In this document: piece after piece, positions 1-14,560 of the stretch | Position numbering within the stretch: position 1 is the stretch's first letter | Layout of the letters: every line of letters starts with the position of its first letter | From: Octopus vulgaris | Taxonomy: Eukaryota | Length of the DNA: 64,000 nucleotides | NCBI GenBank assembly: GCA_951406725.2 | Contig: OX597814.1 | Coordinates: forward strand, 121,830,001 to 121,894,000 | Direction of reading: 5' to 3' | The notes under the pieces: model-generated | Database searches by the model: none | What the model saw: only the letters and a program-made list of their open reading frames with translations | What the model was told of the DNA's origin: nothing | Position numbers and translations under genes: made by a program

Positions 1-635
1 CGTGGTCTTTTAACAGGATTTTGTCCAAACATGGCTATATTCAGCAGTTGTGGAATGTACAGCGTCGTGGTTACATAGCCAAACATCTATATTTTTCTTC
101 TTTTGCGAAACAAAAGAGATTTTTTCTTACCAACAATTTCTTTTCTGTATATGAAAGGCGAAAAAACTTTCTATAAGATTTCATTTCGCATGGAAGAATT
201 TTCCTTCCATTTAACATCAAACATCCATAGTTATCACCCACAAAGTGCAGTTGAACGATTGCTATGATTAATGCAGTCTTCTTTTTCTTATTGTTGTTGT
301 TTGTTTTTTATCACTTCCAACAATGTCTAATTTTGCTAAAACTACCATCGCTGCTTCAATGCGATGTTATTCCTCTTACTTTGATCTCGAATCTTTTGTT
401 GTTCTTATCAAATATTTAAATTCCTCAACAAGTTTTTGTGTCTGCCCTGCTATTCTAATTGAATTAATGATCACCTTTTTCGTTTTACTCATTAGCATTA
501 CTTTGCATATTTTTTTACATTTACTACCATTCCATATCTTCCTGAATTTTCACCAAGACGTGTTGTTTCATTTCTAAGTTTTTCTTCATTAAGTCCTATT
601 AAATCAATTATCGACAGCTGAGGAAAATTCTATTA
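1..635 (-). mobile_element. Decayed RTE-clade LINE fragment (reverse transcriptase C-terminal region)
   Basis: Manual minus-strand translation gives DLIGLNEEKLRNETTRLGENSGRYGMVVNVKK / CKVMLMSK...VEEFKYLIRTTKDSRSK*EE*HRIEAAMVVLAKLDIV, and near base 1 RRKI*MFGYVT...MFGQNPVKRP. This follows the RTE pattern downstream of YADD (GMxIxxxKxKVM, FKYLG, RIxxA, WFGHV, KRPRGRP). It has stops and frameshifts. Confidence 0.8.
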
Positions 636-929
636 TCCCGTACTTAATAAGTCTGCTTTCGTTTCATGATAACGATAATATTAACAATTGCTTCTAATTA
701 AGGAAGTAGGCCAACAGCTTCGGGAGGCTGAGAGTTAGTCGATACTATCACCTTAACGTTTGATTGGCGCTTCATCTTATCACCCCTGAAAGGATGAAAC
801 TTAAATTTAGCCATAGTGGGATCTGAACTCACTTCATAAAGACTGGATCAACTAGCAGTCATATTAACAATTCTTTCAACTGTAATCCCACAGTCTCGAA
901 ATTTTAACGATTATCACTTTTAACGATTA

Positions 930-1118
930 TTTTCTATGATAGGCACAAAGCCTGAAATTTGTAGGGAAGGGTGATAGTTGGTTATGTCGACAGGTACTTG
1001 TTTCATCGACCCTGAAAGGATGAACGTTAAAGTTCGAACTTGGTGGCATTTGAACTCAGAACGTAAAGACTGACGAAATGCCGCTAAGCGTTCCAACGAT
1101 CTTGTCAGCTCGCTGCCT
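930..1118 (-). mobile_element. SINE family A copy (tRNA-derived), degenerate
   Basis: Contains aggcacaaagcctgaaattt...atcgaccctgaaaggatgaa...atttgaactcagaacgtaaagac...agctcgctgcc, matching the other family A copies. A weaker copy lies at about 700-850. Confidence 0.8.
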
Positions 1119-3428
1119 TAAAGATTATGTTAATAGTAAAATCTAAGAAGCAAAAAAAGACTACTCGGTAGGTGGAAATATGAGGATGAAATAAATACCA
1201 GTCATATGTAGATCAGTTGGAACGATGACAACTCTCATATCTTTGGCGCTTTGCTCAATGTAGAAGTCAATGATAACACAGGCAAAATACCACAGTAGTG
1301 AGAGGATTGTTTTCATTCCAACTAGTCCATAATACTGAACAGGTGCTTATTTTTTTGCTTATTTTACTGACCTCCCTCACATGGCCAGATTGGAGTACGG
1401 CACAAAATGGGGCGTGACTAAATACCGCAAATCATTTTGTACTTAGTTTCTGTGGTGTGTTTTACTACAACAACAAAATTCAGTACAAATTCAACACAAA
1501 TCAGAGAGCTCTAAGGATCTATTAAGTTGACCACACATATATTATATTCAAAAATGTACATTACAAGATCTAGTTTCCTTCTTTTTTGCTTCAAAATACT
1601 TTATCAGTTGCCAGTCACTGAACTTCTTTTACTAAGCTCAAGATCTACATACGGATAGTGCTAACTTATTTGGCTATAATTCTATTATGCCTACGTTAAC
1701 TCAGTGGGAATCTGAGAGAGGATAAGTGGGTTAATTACACAATATATACCACATAACACTCTATGGTAAGTCTTAGATACGCACTATTTTTTCTCTAATT
1801 ACTTCCTCCCCACTAAATACGATAACTTACTTTCCCTGGTGTAGCATTCTTATCGTATCTCTCCTCCCAGAATCAACAACAAACATTTTACAATAAACAC
1901 TTTTCGGTCCTAGGAACGGAAGGCCCTGAAACTTGGAGTTCAAGCTGAAGAACGGTACTGATAAATGAATATTATGAAAAATAAAAAGGTAGCATCCGTG
2001 CATCCATGCATACACGCGCACATGCGCACGTACACAAACACGCTCACACACAGGTGTCATCTGAGACAAACAAAGAAAGGACAGATGCCGTCGAGTGAGT
2101 CGAACTACACACCCATTTCCTACCGAGCTTTCGTGTTACCGGTTACGCAAAATCGGTTTTACGATTTCCGTCAGTTAAAATTGGTTTTTCACAGTGTTTC
2201 ATTTGATAATCGAATAGAATTATCTCCTCTCGCATCGCAAGCCATTATAGAAATGTTTGCGACTAGAATTGTCTAACTACCGTTAAACAAAGTCCAGTAA
2301 TACTTCTTTGCTGATTTCTAGAAGAATCCATAGAATTATGAATAGTAATTAGCTATAAAGTAAATTATTTAAGATTTACTGTTCTGAGACCATATGGATT
2401 AATATTAAGACCCTGATCAGCCCTTCTCTGCTGTGATGTAGCCCTTAACATGGATGTAAACGTTGAACCATGAAGCCAGGTTGCAACCGCTGATCCATCA
2501 TAACTAGAACTCTACGGTGACCCATTAAAGAGCTTGTAGTTCCAACTCTCTCGTAACTTTCATAAAATTTACAAGTGGGAACTCAATATATTGGTACTTT
2601 GGAAAGATAGGCGTTATAAAGTATAAAATATCTAATATATAAACGGTTTATAATATCGAAAAGATTTATTTGTGTACTCGTAAGGAAATTGGAGAGTTTA
2701 GTTGAAATCGTTAACCAATCTAATGGGAATTAGCAGAGAAAAGTTTTAAGAAATTCAAAGCGAATGATATTAAATAAAGATATTATATCTGTTCAGAATT
2801 CTCAATTGGTTCCAACTTCTGACCTCTGGCACACATTAAACGCAGAATGTGGCATTGTGCAGTAGACTGTATCAAAATGCACAATATTTAGCTGTGATGA
2901 GGTATAAATCATATGATCTTCAGATAGTCATGTTTAATGAAAGGGAAAACTACTTCGCACTCTACTGCACCAATATTTATTATATTCCTCCAATGCATTT
3001 ACATATACAGCCAATATTTATTCGCAGAAAATTGCATATGTGTACATTCATCTCTTTCTCTCTCTCATTCTTTCTCTCTTTCTTTCTCTTTCCCTCCCTC
3101 TATCTCTCTTTCTCCCTCTTTCACTTCACAACCTACCTCTCTTCCTCTCTTGACTTACTTCTCTTTGTATGTGCTTCTATATGTATATGTATATATTTCT
3201 ACATGTGTGTGTGTATGTGTGTGTCAGTATGTGTGCATACACGTACAGACAAACGTGGGCGGGCTAATATATGTTTAATTATATATATGCTTACTTACAT
3301 ATTCGATATATAAACAAGTATGTGTGTATATGTGTATGTATATGTGTGTGTGTGTATGTGTGTACTCATATGCGTATACTTAGATGGGAAAGGAGTGGGG
3401 GAAAACGAAGGGAGATGTATGATAATCG

Positions 3429-4077
<649 letters not shown>

Positions 4078-4499
4078 GGCTAGCTGACTGATAGAGACAG
4101 GCAATTGATGTGCGCATGTAAACTAGTGAATGGTATTGATATTTGAAAGGTAAGAAGCCATATAATAATCGGGTCATTAGACAAGAGGCAATTGTGGATA
4201 TTTTCTGCTATTGAAGCAGAAAGCTGAGGGAATTGTGGTGCAAATCTGAAGAACTCTCGTATTTGGTGTTGACATAGACAGCTTTCACACATCTACATGC
4301 ATTAATTTCGATTTGTGTATTTAGCGATGGATTGGGAAAGAACGTTTATGCGCTTCTTTAATTGTATGGGAGTATGTGGGCGTTGATGCTTGTGTTCGCA
4401 TGAGAATATCTTTAAACTAAGTGTTTGCTTCTGTCTGTATGATGTGTATTTGATACATGTCTAATACTCCGTGATATTCCAAAATTCCAAAATATATGC

Positions 4500-4520
4500 A
4501 TGCATGTATATATGTGCGTG

Positions 4521-4551
<31 letters not shown>

Positions 4552-4592
4552 ATGATAATAATAATATTAGAGAGTATATCTCTAATTTAATT

Positions 4593-4631
<39 letters not shown>

Positions 4632-4657
4632 GTGTGTGTATGTATGTGCATGTATGC

Positions 4658-4692
<35 letters not shown>

Positions 4693-4975
4693 GTTTTTAT
4701 ATATATATATATATAACATATATTGTATGTATTATATATATGTAATCATGTATACATGTGCTTGTGTGTATGCATATATGTAGCATATGTATGTATATAA
4801 GCTTATATTCTGCCTTATTAATATATATATATATAAACACATGTATATAGATATATGTATAAAGATATATTCTTATATATATATTTATATTCTTATATAT
4901 ATATGTGTGTGTGTGGGTGGGTGTGCGTGTGTGTGTGAGGGTAGTTGGTTGGTTGGTTGGGTGACTGTGTGTGTG
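4500..4975. repeat. (TA)n/(TG)n-rich low-complexity tract
   Basis: Read directly. Confidence 0.9.
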
Positions 4976-6032
4976 TGGTGTAGTATTCAATCATCACAAC
5001 TGCTATTTCGTTTCGGAAGCCAATACAATTAAATATCAAACGGAACAATTTACCTAACAGCAAATTTGTTACTTGTAGTAGGATGTCCACGCTGCTGTAA
5101 GCGCAAACACCATTTTGACGTGTCCTCCACTTAAGATGCTACATGTCATACACGACTATTTCTTCGTTTAAGCGTAAAAATATAAGAGCGAATAAGACTT
5201 TTAAGGATTCACCTTAACATTCACTCCTTTTCCTCTCAAACGATATATGTATACATATGATATAATCAAATTTTACATTTGCATTAATTTCGAAATTTCT
5301 GTGAGAAAGTGTGAAATCTTTTATATGAAAACTATTAGCTTCCTTTGTGTATCCTGTATTTGTGGACCTTTGAGAAATAAAAGTGGAAATTCAACAAGAT
5401 TGAATTTTAACTCAGAACATGAATAATACATTATGCACCAGCCCTCAATCTGAATGATTATGTTGATTCAGTAAATTATTTACAGAGATCATTAGAATTC
5501 CGCAATGCAGGATTTGGATGAGATTTGTTATTGATTCAATGGACTTCGTATGTTACTGGTACATTATAATTGATCCGGGATGTTGAAAAGCTCTTATCAA
5601 TCTTGAATATAACAATGGCGGATGTAACTAAATACTCGAATTTAATTGATATTCACCCTCAAAGAGTATTACACTGAAATACCTGCGCAGTGTGTATAGC
5701 ATTTATAATGTATATATGCAGACAGACATGGATAAGTAGAAGCTGTAGAATTTTGCCTCAGAGAATTTTCTCTCTTCCCAAAGAGACCTATTTATCAAAT
5801 ATTATAAGCACACGGGATTTTGTTCAGAATGCCGGTAGATCGACAAACCACCACCCTATATATTAAGTATATATATATTTTATATATCTGACTAGATTCA
5901 AAACCAGATTTTATGAGAGTTACACATTTTTCAGTCGATTATACAATGTTGTTTAGCTCAAGTTTAAACGTCGTTCAGAAAACCTATAATTAAAGATATT
6001 TGCATTTGTTTTTGCTTGTTTTTATGGCTAAG

Positions 6033-7262
6033 TAAAGTGTTGGCCAAAAAGTCCGTTCGGTTTTTGACATCACTGAAGTTCAAGTAGTCTTATAAGCAAC
6101 TAACTTCAGTCTGTCCTTTGTGCATGCGCTTTCGTTAAATACTTGACACTTGAACGCAGTTCGACGCGCAGTTGCGATGCGACAGGATGTACTTTTTGTG
6201 CGTGCGATCACTCTGAAAATGAGGAACTAAAATGAACATTATCACACTTCATGTTTTTTTTTAAGCTTTAAAATAAGGCAAGAAGGCAGTGAAAACTTGC
6301 AGTAGGTTATACGCTGTATCCAGAGAGGTTGCTATTACGGAACGTATGTAACACAATTTGTTTCCAAGATTTCGACCACGAAAGTTTTTGGTTCCAATGC
6401 ACCTCGCTCCACCCGGTCAACTGAGATTAACAGGAATACAGGAATAGAACTTTCCTACCCCACTCAGCACCACAGCTGTTATACGACCAGGATGACCGCA
6501 GATATACCCCAAATATCCAAATAGAGTGGTGAAAATGATACGCATTACCTTGGCAACTTCAGTAGGCTTGATGTTTAGGTCCCAAATCAATTGAATGAAG
6601 CTAATATCGCCCAACGGATTTCTATTTGTGATTCGTTGCAGAAACATAAAGAAAATGATCCTTATTGAAGAGACTGGTGACAGGGAATGAAAAATTAGAT
6701 TTTTTTATAAAAATGGGAAGTGTAAACGATCGTGAGGGAAGCGTAACAATCTACCACAAACAACTTCCAAAGCAGGTCTTTATGCTTTCAATTTGGACCA
6801 TCAATTTAGATGTGTTCTGTGAAATTAAATGTAGCAACCCATCAGAAGCGTTCGATATTTGTTAATTATAAGAATATCGTCTTTCATCATGACAATACCA
6901 AACTGCACACATTTTTGCAAATGTATCATAAGTTACTGAGGCTTAGCTAGGAAGTTTGCTGCGCCCTCAATATTCGCCCGACTTGCTACTTCAGATCTGC
7001 ACTAGTTTCGATCTTTTAAAAATTCATTGAATGGACGGATCTTCAACTCTGAAGAGGACGTAAATATTCAGCTCGAAGTGATTTTCGCCAGTAAAGACAG
7101 GAAATTCTTTGAGCAAGAAGTAATGAATCTGTCCACAGGATGGCAGAAGATACTGGAACGAAATGGTAACTATGTCATTGATGGAATAAAACACTTTGTG
7201 TTTCATACTTTTGTCGTATATTCGCTTAAAAAAACGAAAGGGACATTTTCGCCAACCCAATA
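6033..7262 (+). mobile_element. Full-length decayed mariner (Tc1/mariner) DNA transposon, about 1.23 kb
   Basis: Imperfect TIRs: left TAaagtgttggccaaaaagtccgttcggttttt versus the reverse complement of the right end TAttgggttggcgaaaatgtccctttcgttttt, with TA at both ends. Transposase remnants include KRLVTGNEK (VTGDEKW), NIVFHHDNTKLH (HDNARPH), YSPDL at about 6971 and C-terminal FASKDRKFFEQEVMNLSTGWQKILERNGNYVID. Multiple stops and frameshifts. Confidence 0.93.
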
Positions 7263-8260
7263 CGACTAAGTTTTCGAAAGTAACCTCCATGTATTTAAAA
7301 AGGTAAAAAGTATTTTACAGGAGATTTGGCTGTCGTTACTTTCATGTTAAACGACCGTGTAGATACAGAGTTTGTTGACTTAGCAATCAGCTGAAAATTT
7401 TCTACGTCGTCCATAGCTTCTTTTTTTATTTACTAAGGCTTATTTCCATTGACATCGAAAGATAAATTCCAATGTCAGTGGATTTGAACTTCGAAAAGAA
7501 GATTGTAAAGAAGTTACTTTGACGCTATAAGAATTCTGTCAAATTGCCATCTTTATATAGCGATTACCATTATTTACATAAAATCTTGACTGTTACAATT
7601 CTAGCCATTTATACTGGAGCAATGCCAGGACATTCGTGTATTTTGTTTTTATTGATATTCTGCTATGATTCACCGCAGATGTTTTCCATTTGTGTTTCGA
7701 TACTTGGATGTTCTTTTGTCTTTTAACTTTATTAGTACTGAACTTCTTTTTCTATATCTTATTCATGATAAGCCATAAGAAATAGAAAGAAGGGTAAGAT
7801 GCGAGTTTTTATTGTTTGGTTTACCATCTTTATCTTAGCTGATTCATCTGAAAGAAGTAATGTTGCTTCTCTATTTTACCTAATGCTGCATAGAAATAAA
7901 TAACTTAATCATGGAGAGCAACTGCAGAAAGCGATCTTTCGAAAGTGGGAACTTTGTCAAAACATGCACACTATTTCATGTACAAAAATTCGTTCCACTG
8001 TCTCCCTTAACATCCATCATAGAAGCATGATATTGCGGTGACGTATAACAGGAAATTTAACAGCTTCCGGAACAAACTGTAACAGGAAATTTCTCAAGGT
8101 TATGTAGCAAGATAAAGATGGCTTCTTCTGAACTAGAGTGATGAGAACCAATATTCTACTGCGTGAAGTCTTGGCCAGATACTCAAAGATATGCTGAATG
8201 AAGGCAAACAAAACTGGATAGTTCTCGATTAAATACAATGCTGAGTATACAGAGTGAGAG

Positions 8261-8273
8261 TGAGAGAGAGAGA

Positions 8274-8305
<32 letters not shown>

Positions 8306-8323
8306 TGAACAGATAGATAGATG

Positions 8324-8411
<88 letters not shown>

Positions 8412-8412
8412 T
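8261..8412. repeat. (GA)n/(GT)n/(GATA)n compound microsatellite
   Basis: Read directly. Confidence 0.95.
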
Positions 8413-8953
8413 AGAGAAAGGGGTATATATAGAAAGTAAGAATATATATGTATGTTTGTGTGGTGTGCACATGGAAGCATGTATAAGATTATGTACATGT
8501 ACGTATTATTATGCGTTTACACACGTACATTTATATGTACACAAACAGATATACATACGTACAATCACGTATACTTAAATACAAACGGATCTTACACTAA
8601 CAGAGTTAATAACGCAGCTTTGTAGCTACACTAACATGTTAATACACACACTCACACACACACACAAACACACACACACAAACACACACACACACAACAG
8701 CTTTTCTGTTAAACATGCGTTAAAGACACGATCAAGTTTTTTTCTAAAGATATTTTTCCTCATAATTTCTTATGAGTTCTTTACAGTTGGTTTTGAAATA
8801 AAAATAAAATTCGAGCACAGTTTTTTTTTCCCATACACATGCATACATCTGTATGGGCATGTATTCGATTGTGTAGGTGGTCGAATGCTGATTTTGTAAA
8901 ACATAAATGTCCTACGGATGTACCAAAGTGAGTTAACACACGATTTTACTTTA

Positions 8954-8993
8954 GTGACCCTGAAGAAAATCGTGAGGTTTGAAACGTTGACAC
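8954..8993 (+). ncRNA. Degenerate minimal type I hammerhead-ribozyme-like motif
   Basis: gtgacc-CTGAAGA-aaatc(gtga)ggttt-GAAAC-GTT-gacac: both core boxes are present, with a 5-bp stem II and a palindromic AACGTT stem III. Stem I is only partly paired. Confidence 0.45.
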
Positions 8994-9036
8994 CTACGTT
9001 CCATTTACATTGTAATAGTTATTCTCTTCATTCGAT

Positions 9037-9620
9037 GGGCGTAGGCTTAGCTGTGCTGTTAAGCAGCTCTCTTTCCAATTTTGCGGTTTCGGTTTCAGTC
9101 CCAGTGCGTAACATCATGGTCAAGTATTTTCTACTAAAGTCAGGACCGACCAATGACATGGGAGTATATTTGTTAGCAGAAAACTGTATAGAAGACGCGT
9201 ATGTATGTATGTATGTATGTATGTATGTATGTATGTATGTATGTATGTATGTATGTATGTATGTATGTATGCATGCATGCATGCATGTCTGTATGTATGT
9301 ATGTTTGTATGTCTGTCTGTCTGTCTGTCTGTCTCTGTGTATGTATGTATGTATGTATGTATGTATGTATGTATGTATGTATGTATGTATGTATGTATGT
9401 GTGTGTGTCTTTATGTTTGTGTGTGTTTGTGTCTTTATGTTTGTTTCCACATCGCTTGAGAAACGGTGATGAATTATTTACGGCACCATAACTTAGCGGT
9501 TCAGCATAAGAGAGTAACAGAATAATTGCCAGGCTTGAAGATAAGTACGGGAGTGGAACATTTCGGCTAAAGTCCTTTACGCTACATACTAACGACTGAA
9601 AGAAATCGAAAACACAACAA
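9037..9620 (+). mobile_element. SINE family B copy, old, with expanded internal (TATG)n
   Basis: Degenerate head (ggcgtaggcttagctgtg...ggtttcagtccca) and 3' half (catcgcttga...taacttagcggttcagc...gactgaaa) flank a microsatellite of about 200 bp. Confidence 0.7.
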
Positions 9621-9913
9621 ATCGGAATGTGTTGAGTTCTATTATTAAAATCGATGTCGGTAGATATGTGTGTAGTGACGTGTGGCCCAGTGGTTAGGAT
9701 ATTAGCTTAATGATCATAACGTCATCGATTCGATACTTGAACCATAGGTCGTTGCTTTGAATACCAGCCAATGTATGGGCCTAAAATGATTACCGAATGC
9801 ACGGTACAAACTTTCAACTCATACATCATAGCGAGTCGTATGCATACTACCATATCATATATATATACATACATACTTACACATATGTGTTTGTGTGTAT
9901 GTATGAGTATAAA

Positions 9914-9914
<1 letters not shown>

Positions 9915-9957
<43 letters not shown>

Positions 9958-10001
9958 TTTATGTATGTATATATAAGTATAAATGCATGTGTGCCTGTGT
10001 G

Positions 10002-10069
<68 letters not shown>

Positions 10070-10401
10070 CCCAAATTACTTTTCATTTTGGGCATTTGCT
10101 ATAGAATAAACAACAGCGTTTCTGGGGGATTTTTTTTGTTTTGTTTTTTATTTTTTTTAATCAAAGAACTCATTCGAAAATAGGAAAAAGCATTGATAAA
10201 AAGTAGAAAAGTTAAATGCTGTCACGTTTCCAGTAGCAGAAATACATTTATGCATATATCTATCTATATCTGTATATCTACATCTCCTCTCTCTCTCTCT
10301 CTCTGTATGTATGTATGTATGTATGTATGTATGTATGTATGTATGTATGTATGTATGTATGTATGTATGTATGTATGCATGTATGCATGTATGCATGTAT
10401 G

Positions 10402-10432
<31 letters not shown>

Positions 10433-10468
10433 GTAAGTATGTATGTAAGTAAGTATGTATGTATGTAT
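9915..10468. repeat. (TA)n, (GATA)n, (CT)n and (TATG)n microsatellite cluster
   Basis: Read directly. Confidence 0.92.
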
Positions 10469-13400
10469 TGAAACATGCGTACATGTGTACACACGCACAA
10501 TAAAAACAAGCGGCATTATGGATACATATGTATATTCATTTTGGCGTTTGTGCGCATGTATATGAGTAGGTTCATTGTACAATTGCGGCTGCTTTTGTTC
10601 CCTTTCCATCTTCTAATTAGTAGATAACATAATCAGTAATGACAGTGAACCGTGTTACTAAATATTAGATCACCTCTACAGAAACTAATTGTTAAATTCA
10701 ACAAAACTGACATACGCCATCTTTATACAGAGTGTATTGTGTTATCTGCTGCTAAACAATTACATCGACCGTAAAACTGAGCCTAGAAATCTGATTGGCT
10801 TAACTGACGTGTCAGTCTGGAACATTCATTCATCTGAATGGGTTTTCGTTATTCTATTACCTGTTATTTCTCTAAGTATTCGATCTCTTAATTAACACTT
10901 TTCTATCTGTCAAGTAATATATATATCGTCTCCTTTTGTAGCAAAGATGCAATTATCTTATGAAATATTTATCTCAGCTAGTAATTGCTTTGTCTTTCAC
11001 GTTAATTAATTTAACTGAAACTTCTGGAAAATCATTGTAAACTCAATTGCTGTGGAATGTGATTCGACAAGACATATACAATACGAATATTTTGCTTTGG
11101 TATTCTGCGAACTGAATTCCTTAACCTTTGCAAAGTTTTGAATTATTCTTAGAGATTATGTAGAACATTTTATGAAAGCTGTTAGAATTTTATTGAAGTT
11201 ATTTCAATTCTGGAGAAGTCTGAGATTCTATAAGCCATTAGGTTGTCGGAACATCAATTTGTGAATAGATCGAACCTTGAAAGCCTGAGATAAAACGCTT
11301 GTGATGATCAGTTATTTGTTAGTTAAAATCCTATGTTAATTTTACCTCTCCTTCCAAAGTCAATAAAACCAAGTCACAGTTTAGTGCTGATGTCCATTTA
11401 CTATTCCTATATATTACCCAAGATGTGACTGGAATAAAAATACAAAACAGGGTAGACATCTAGATATATCCTTTCCTTTATTCTATAAGTATTGAATCTT
11501 ATCTCAAAAAAGAAAAAAAAAAATGGTACATGAAATAGTATCTATCAATATGTGATGTCTTTAGCAGAACTGTTTCAATGTTCTCGGTGCTTCTTACGAT
11601 AAACAGTATCTTCTTGTGATAATTCCATGGAGGATGGGTTATGAATTGTCAGTGTGTTTACCTATACTTTGTGATTGACAGTTCATTTGCCAATTTAATC
11701 TGTTAAATGGAATCTAATATTTTAGTGACTTGATAAGACTCAATTACTAAAGAGTGCAAACGTGGGTGTGTGATAGTGAAGATAACTTTAAATGTGTTCT
11801 CGGTCAGACTCAATAACATTCTATTCGGCTAATTTCTCTTCTATCTCTTCTATCATAGCATAGTTCCAATCCAAGCTTTGTGAGGGGAATTGAGTATGCG
11901 GAAACTGTGTGGAAGCACGCATAATAAATTATAAGTGTTGTTGAATTGTAGGGCTAATCCATCGTCCGCTTACAGACCAGCTTTTGGCTTTTGTACGCCT
12001 TAGCAGTCGTTATTGTGTTGCATTCATCCAGGTCTAGAGTCTGAGGCTAATTTTCTTTCTTCCTTCTACCAGTGTAGGAATTCCAACGAAAAGATGTAAA
12101 GGTTACCTTTCTTCCCTTAGTAGGCATTAATCTACAACAAATTGTACCGTAGTCATGAATTTTCATGTAATTCTATCAACGTTTTATTTTCAGCAAATCA
12201 TTAAATTCGTTCTGCATTTCTGATCTGACAGTAGAGCAAGAAAGAACCATAAGAGAATGGGGAATGACGATGAAAGTGAAAAAGCTGGAAAGACAAGACT
12301 AAATCTTCGTATTCATGCTTTTTCCCAATCAATACATAATTCGGATGAAATTTGTTGAAAGAATTTTCTCCAAGTCACTTCATGAGATTGCACTAAGATA
12401 ATTGCAAATAGTAAGGGCTTCAAACTGTTTCACAAAGCTACAATTTTCTAGAGAAAGGCTTTAAAAGAAACTCAACTTCATTGAGTTATTAGGGTCTATT
12501 TTATCGAACGGAGATATTTAAATCGAATTTAACATCTACCGATTTGATCCCAGGAGGAGAAGGGCTGCAACTAAATATAACAAATATTTTAGTCTCACGC
12601 AATGGTTTCTAGCATTGGCACCTATCAATACATGTTGAGCGAGTGACATCATGCATTTAATTGATCCTAGTGCCTGACGAATTGTTTTATCGATTCTACA
12701 AATAGTTAAAGGTAAGAGTCAACGCCAAGGTCGGACTCAAGTTATAATGGGAGGTAACTCAGTACTTAAGGAAGCAATTATAGTTACTCCTTTTCTAGAA
12801 ATTAGTAATATCTAAATGCCAGAGTCTAGAGTATTTTTCGAGAAATGAATAAAACTGAAGACAATAATAGATTAAATGCGCATTGTTTTAAATATTTGAG
12901 GTTTATGAATATTAATGACAAATATATACGCAATGGCAGACACATTCCTTATAGAGAAGGAAGGGAATAAAGCAAATGAAACTATATACGGCAGCAAACA
13001 ATTTACTAACAGATAATAAAAGAATATTGTAAATATTAGTGAGAAATAAGAAATCAAATTGGAACATAAATATTGAATTTTTGTTATTGAATAATGTGTA
13101 ATTGCCTAGAAAATTTGGTGCCACATCTTTAACGAATGAGAAGAAACATGGACAAGAAACCATTTATTAAATTAGTTCTATGATATTTATTAATGCTAAT
13201 ATTTTTATTATTGGCAGAATTGATAGACGGTAAGACCAAATGCGCAAGTGTACTTATCTATATATATTTATGTCCCGACCACAATGGGGAACAACTTACA
13301 GTCTGGGATCATTAAAATATGAACTACGCATGCTATGATGTGAATAAATTGATTACACCCACCCCAATATCTGAGAAGCTTTATATTAGAAAACAACGAT

Positions 13401-14107
13401 AACATGTAATAGGAGGTACTTGACGTTCGTATATCAGAGTACAACAGATTTTTACATAGGGTGCCCCAAAACACCGTCTGTGGTTGTCTCTCAATTCAGA
13501 AATCATTTCTTGTTATTTTATTGTTCTTTATTATTACTATTATAACATGTTTTTATCTACTTTCTTTATTGTTATTGTCGATCTTGGACAAAGTCACAAA
13601 ATGTTTTCAGAGTAACGCTGGTTCAAACTCCAGGAATGATTGAAAAAAATCTCTCCTCTCTCATACCTTAAAAATATGTAGACTTCAATAAATTTAAATA
13701 ATAATGAGTTGTTTACTATTCTTGTAGGGAGATCAGTAGATTTACTAAATATGGCATTATAATTGAGCTAAAACATCGTTAACTTAAGCTAGACGTACAT
13801 TTGACCTTGCGAAATACATGCACTCAAAATTAGTTTTCTTGAATATAAAATAAATGCTAGCTATTGAAAGTTTACGAATAAATAATGACGGGCTAATTAC
13901 ATGAACATAGACTTCCGCAGTAGCAACATATCACCAGTAGTAAGGTAATAATTTTCAGAAAACGTGTCTAAAATGCGATTACGAGACGAAAGTGGAAACA
14001 TTTCAGAAACTCAAATAATGCGATTGCTCGCGATGTTAATGATGCTTTTTCCCTGGGTTTTTTTTTCTGTTTAGTATAAACACAATGATGTTAACATTGG
14101 CATCAAT

Positions 14108-14317
14108 TTTTGACGCAAGGACAGCAATTGTGGAGTACGGTGCAGGTCGTTTACATTGACCCCAATTTACAACTGCTACTACTTATTTTATCGACCCCTC
14201 GAATGGATGAAAAGCAACGTCGATCCTGACGGCATTTGAACTTAAAACGTAAAGTCAGAAGAAATTATGCCAAGCAGTTTCTTTCCGCCACGGTAACGAT
14301 TTTTCTTTCTCATCGGC
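14108..14317 (-). mobile_element. SINE family A copy, degenerate
   Basis: tacttattttatcgacccctcgaatggatgaaaagcaacgtcga...atttgaactt matches the reverse complement of family A. Confidence 0.7.
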
Positions 14318-14349
14318 TTCAATGAGATTAATATTAAAAATATAACAAG

Positions 14350-14560
14350 GGCGGCGAGCTAGCAGAATTATTAGCACGCCGGGCAAAATACTTAGTGACA
14401 TTTCAGCCGCCTTTACTTTCTGAGTTCAAATCCTGCCGATGTTGACTTTGCTTTCCATCATCTTGGAGTCGATAAAATAAGTACCAGTGAAGTATTGGGG
14501 TTTGGTATAACTTACCTCCTCCCCAGAAATTTCGGACTGTGTGCAGTCGTAGAAAGGATT
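14350..14560 (+). mobile_element. SINE family A copy, near full length
   Basis: Head ggcggcgagc-TAGCAGAATT (A-box-like), then GAGTTCAAATCC (B box), core ctttccatcatcttggagtcgataaaataagtacc and 3' gaaatttcggactgtgtgc. Confidence 0.85.

Noticed and set aside
14350-14440. tRNA genes suggested by A/B boxes
   Set aside because: The boxes belong to SINE heads that continue into SINE bodies, and I could not form a cloverleaf.
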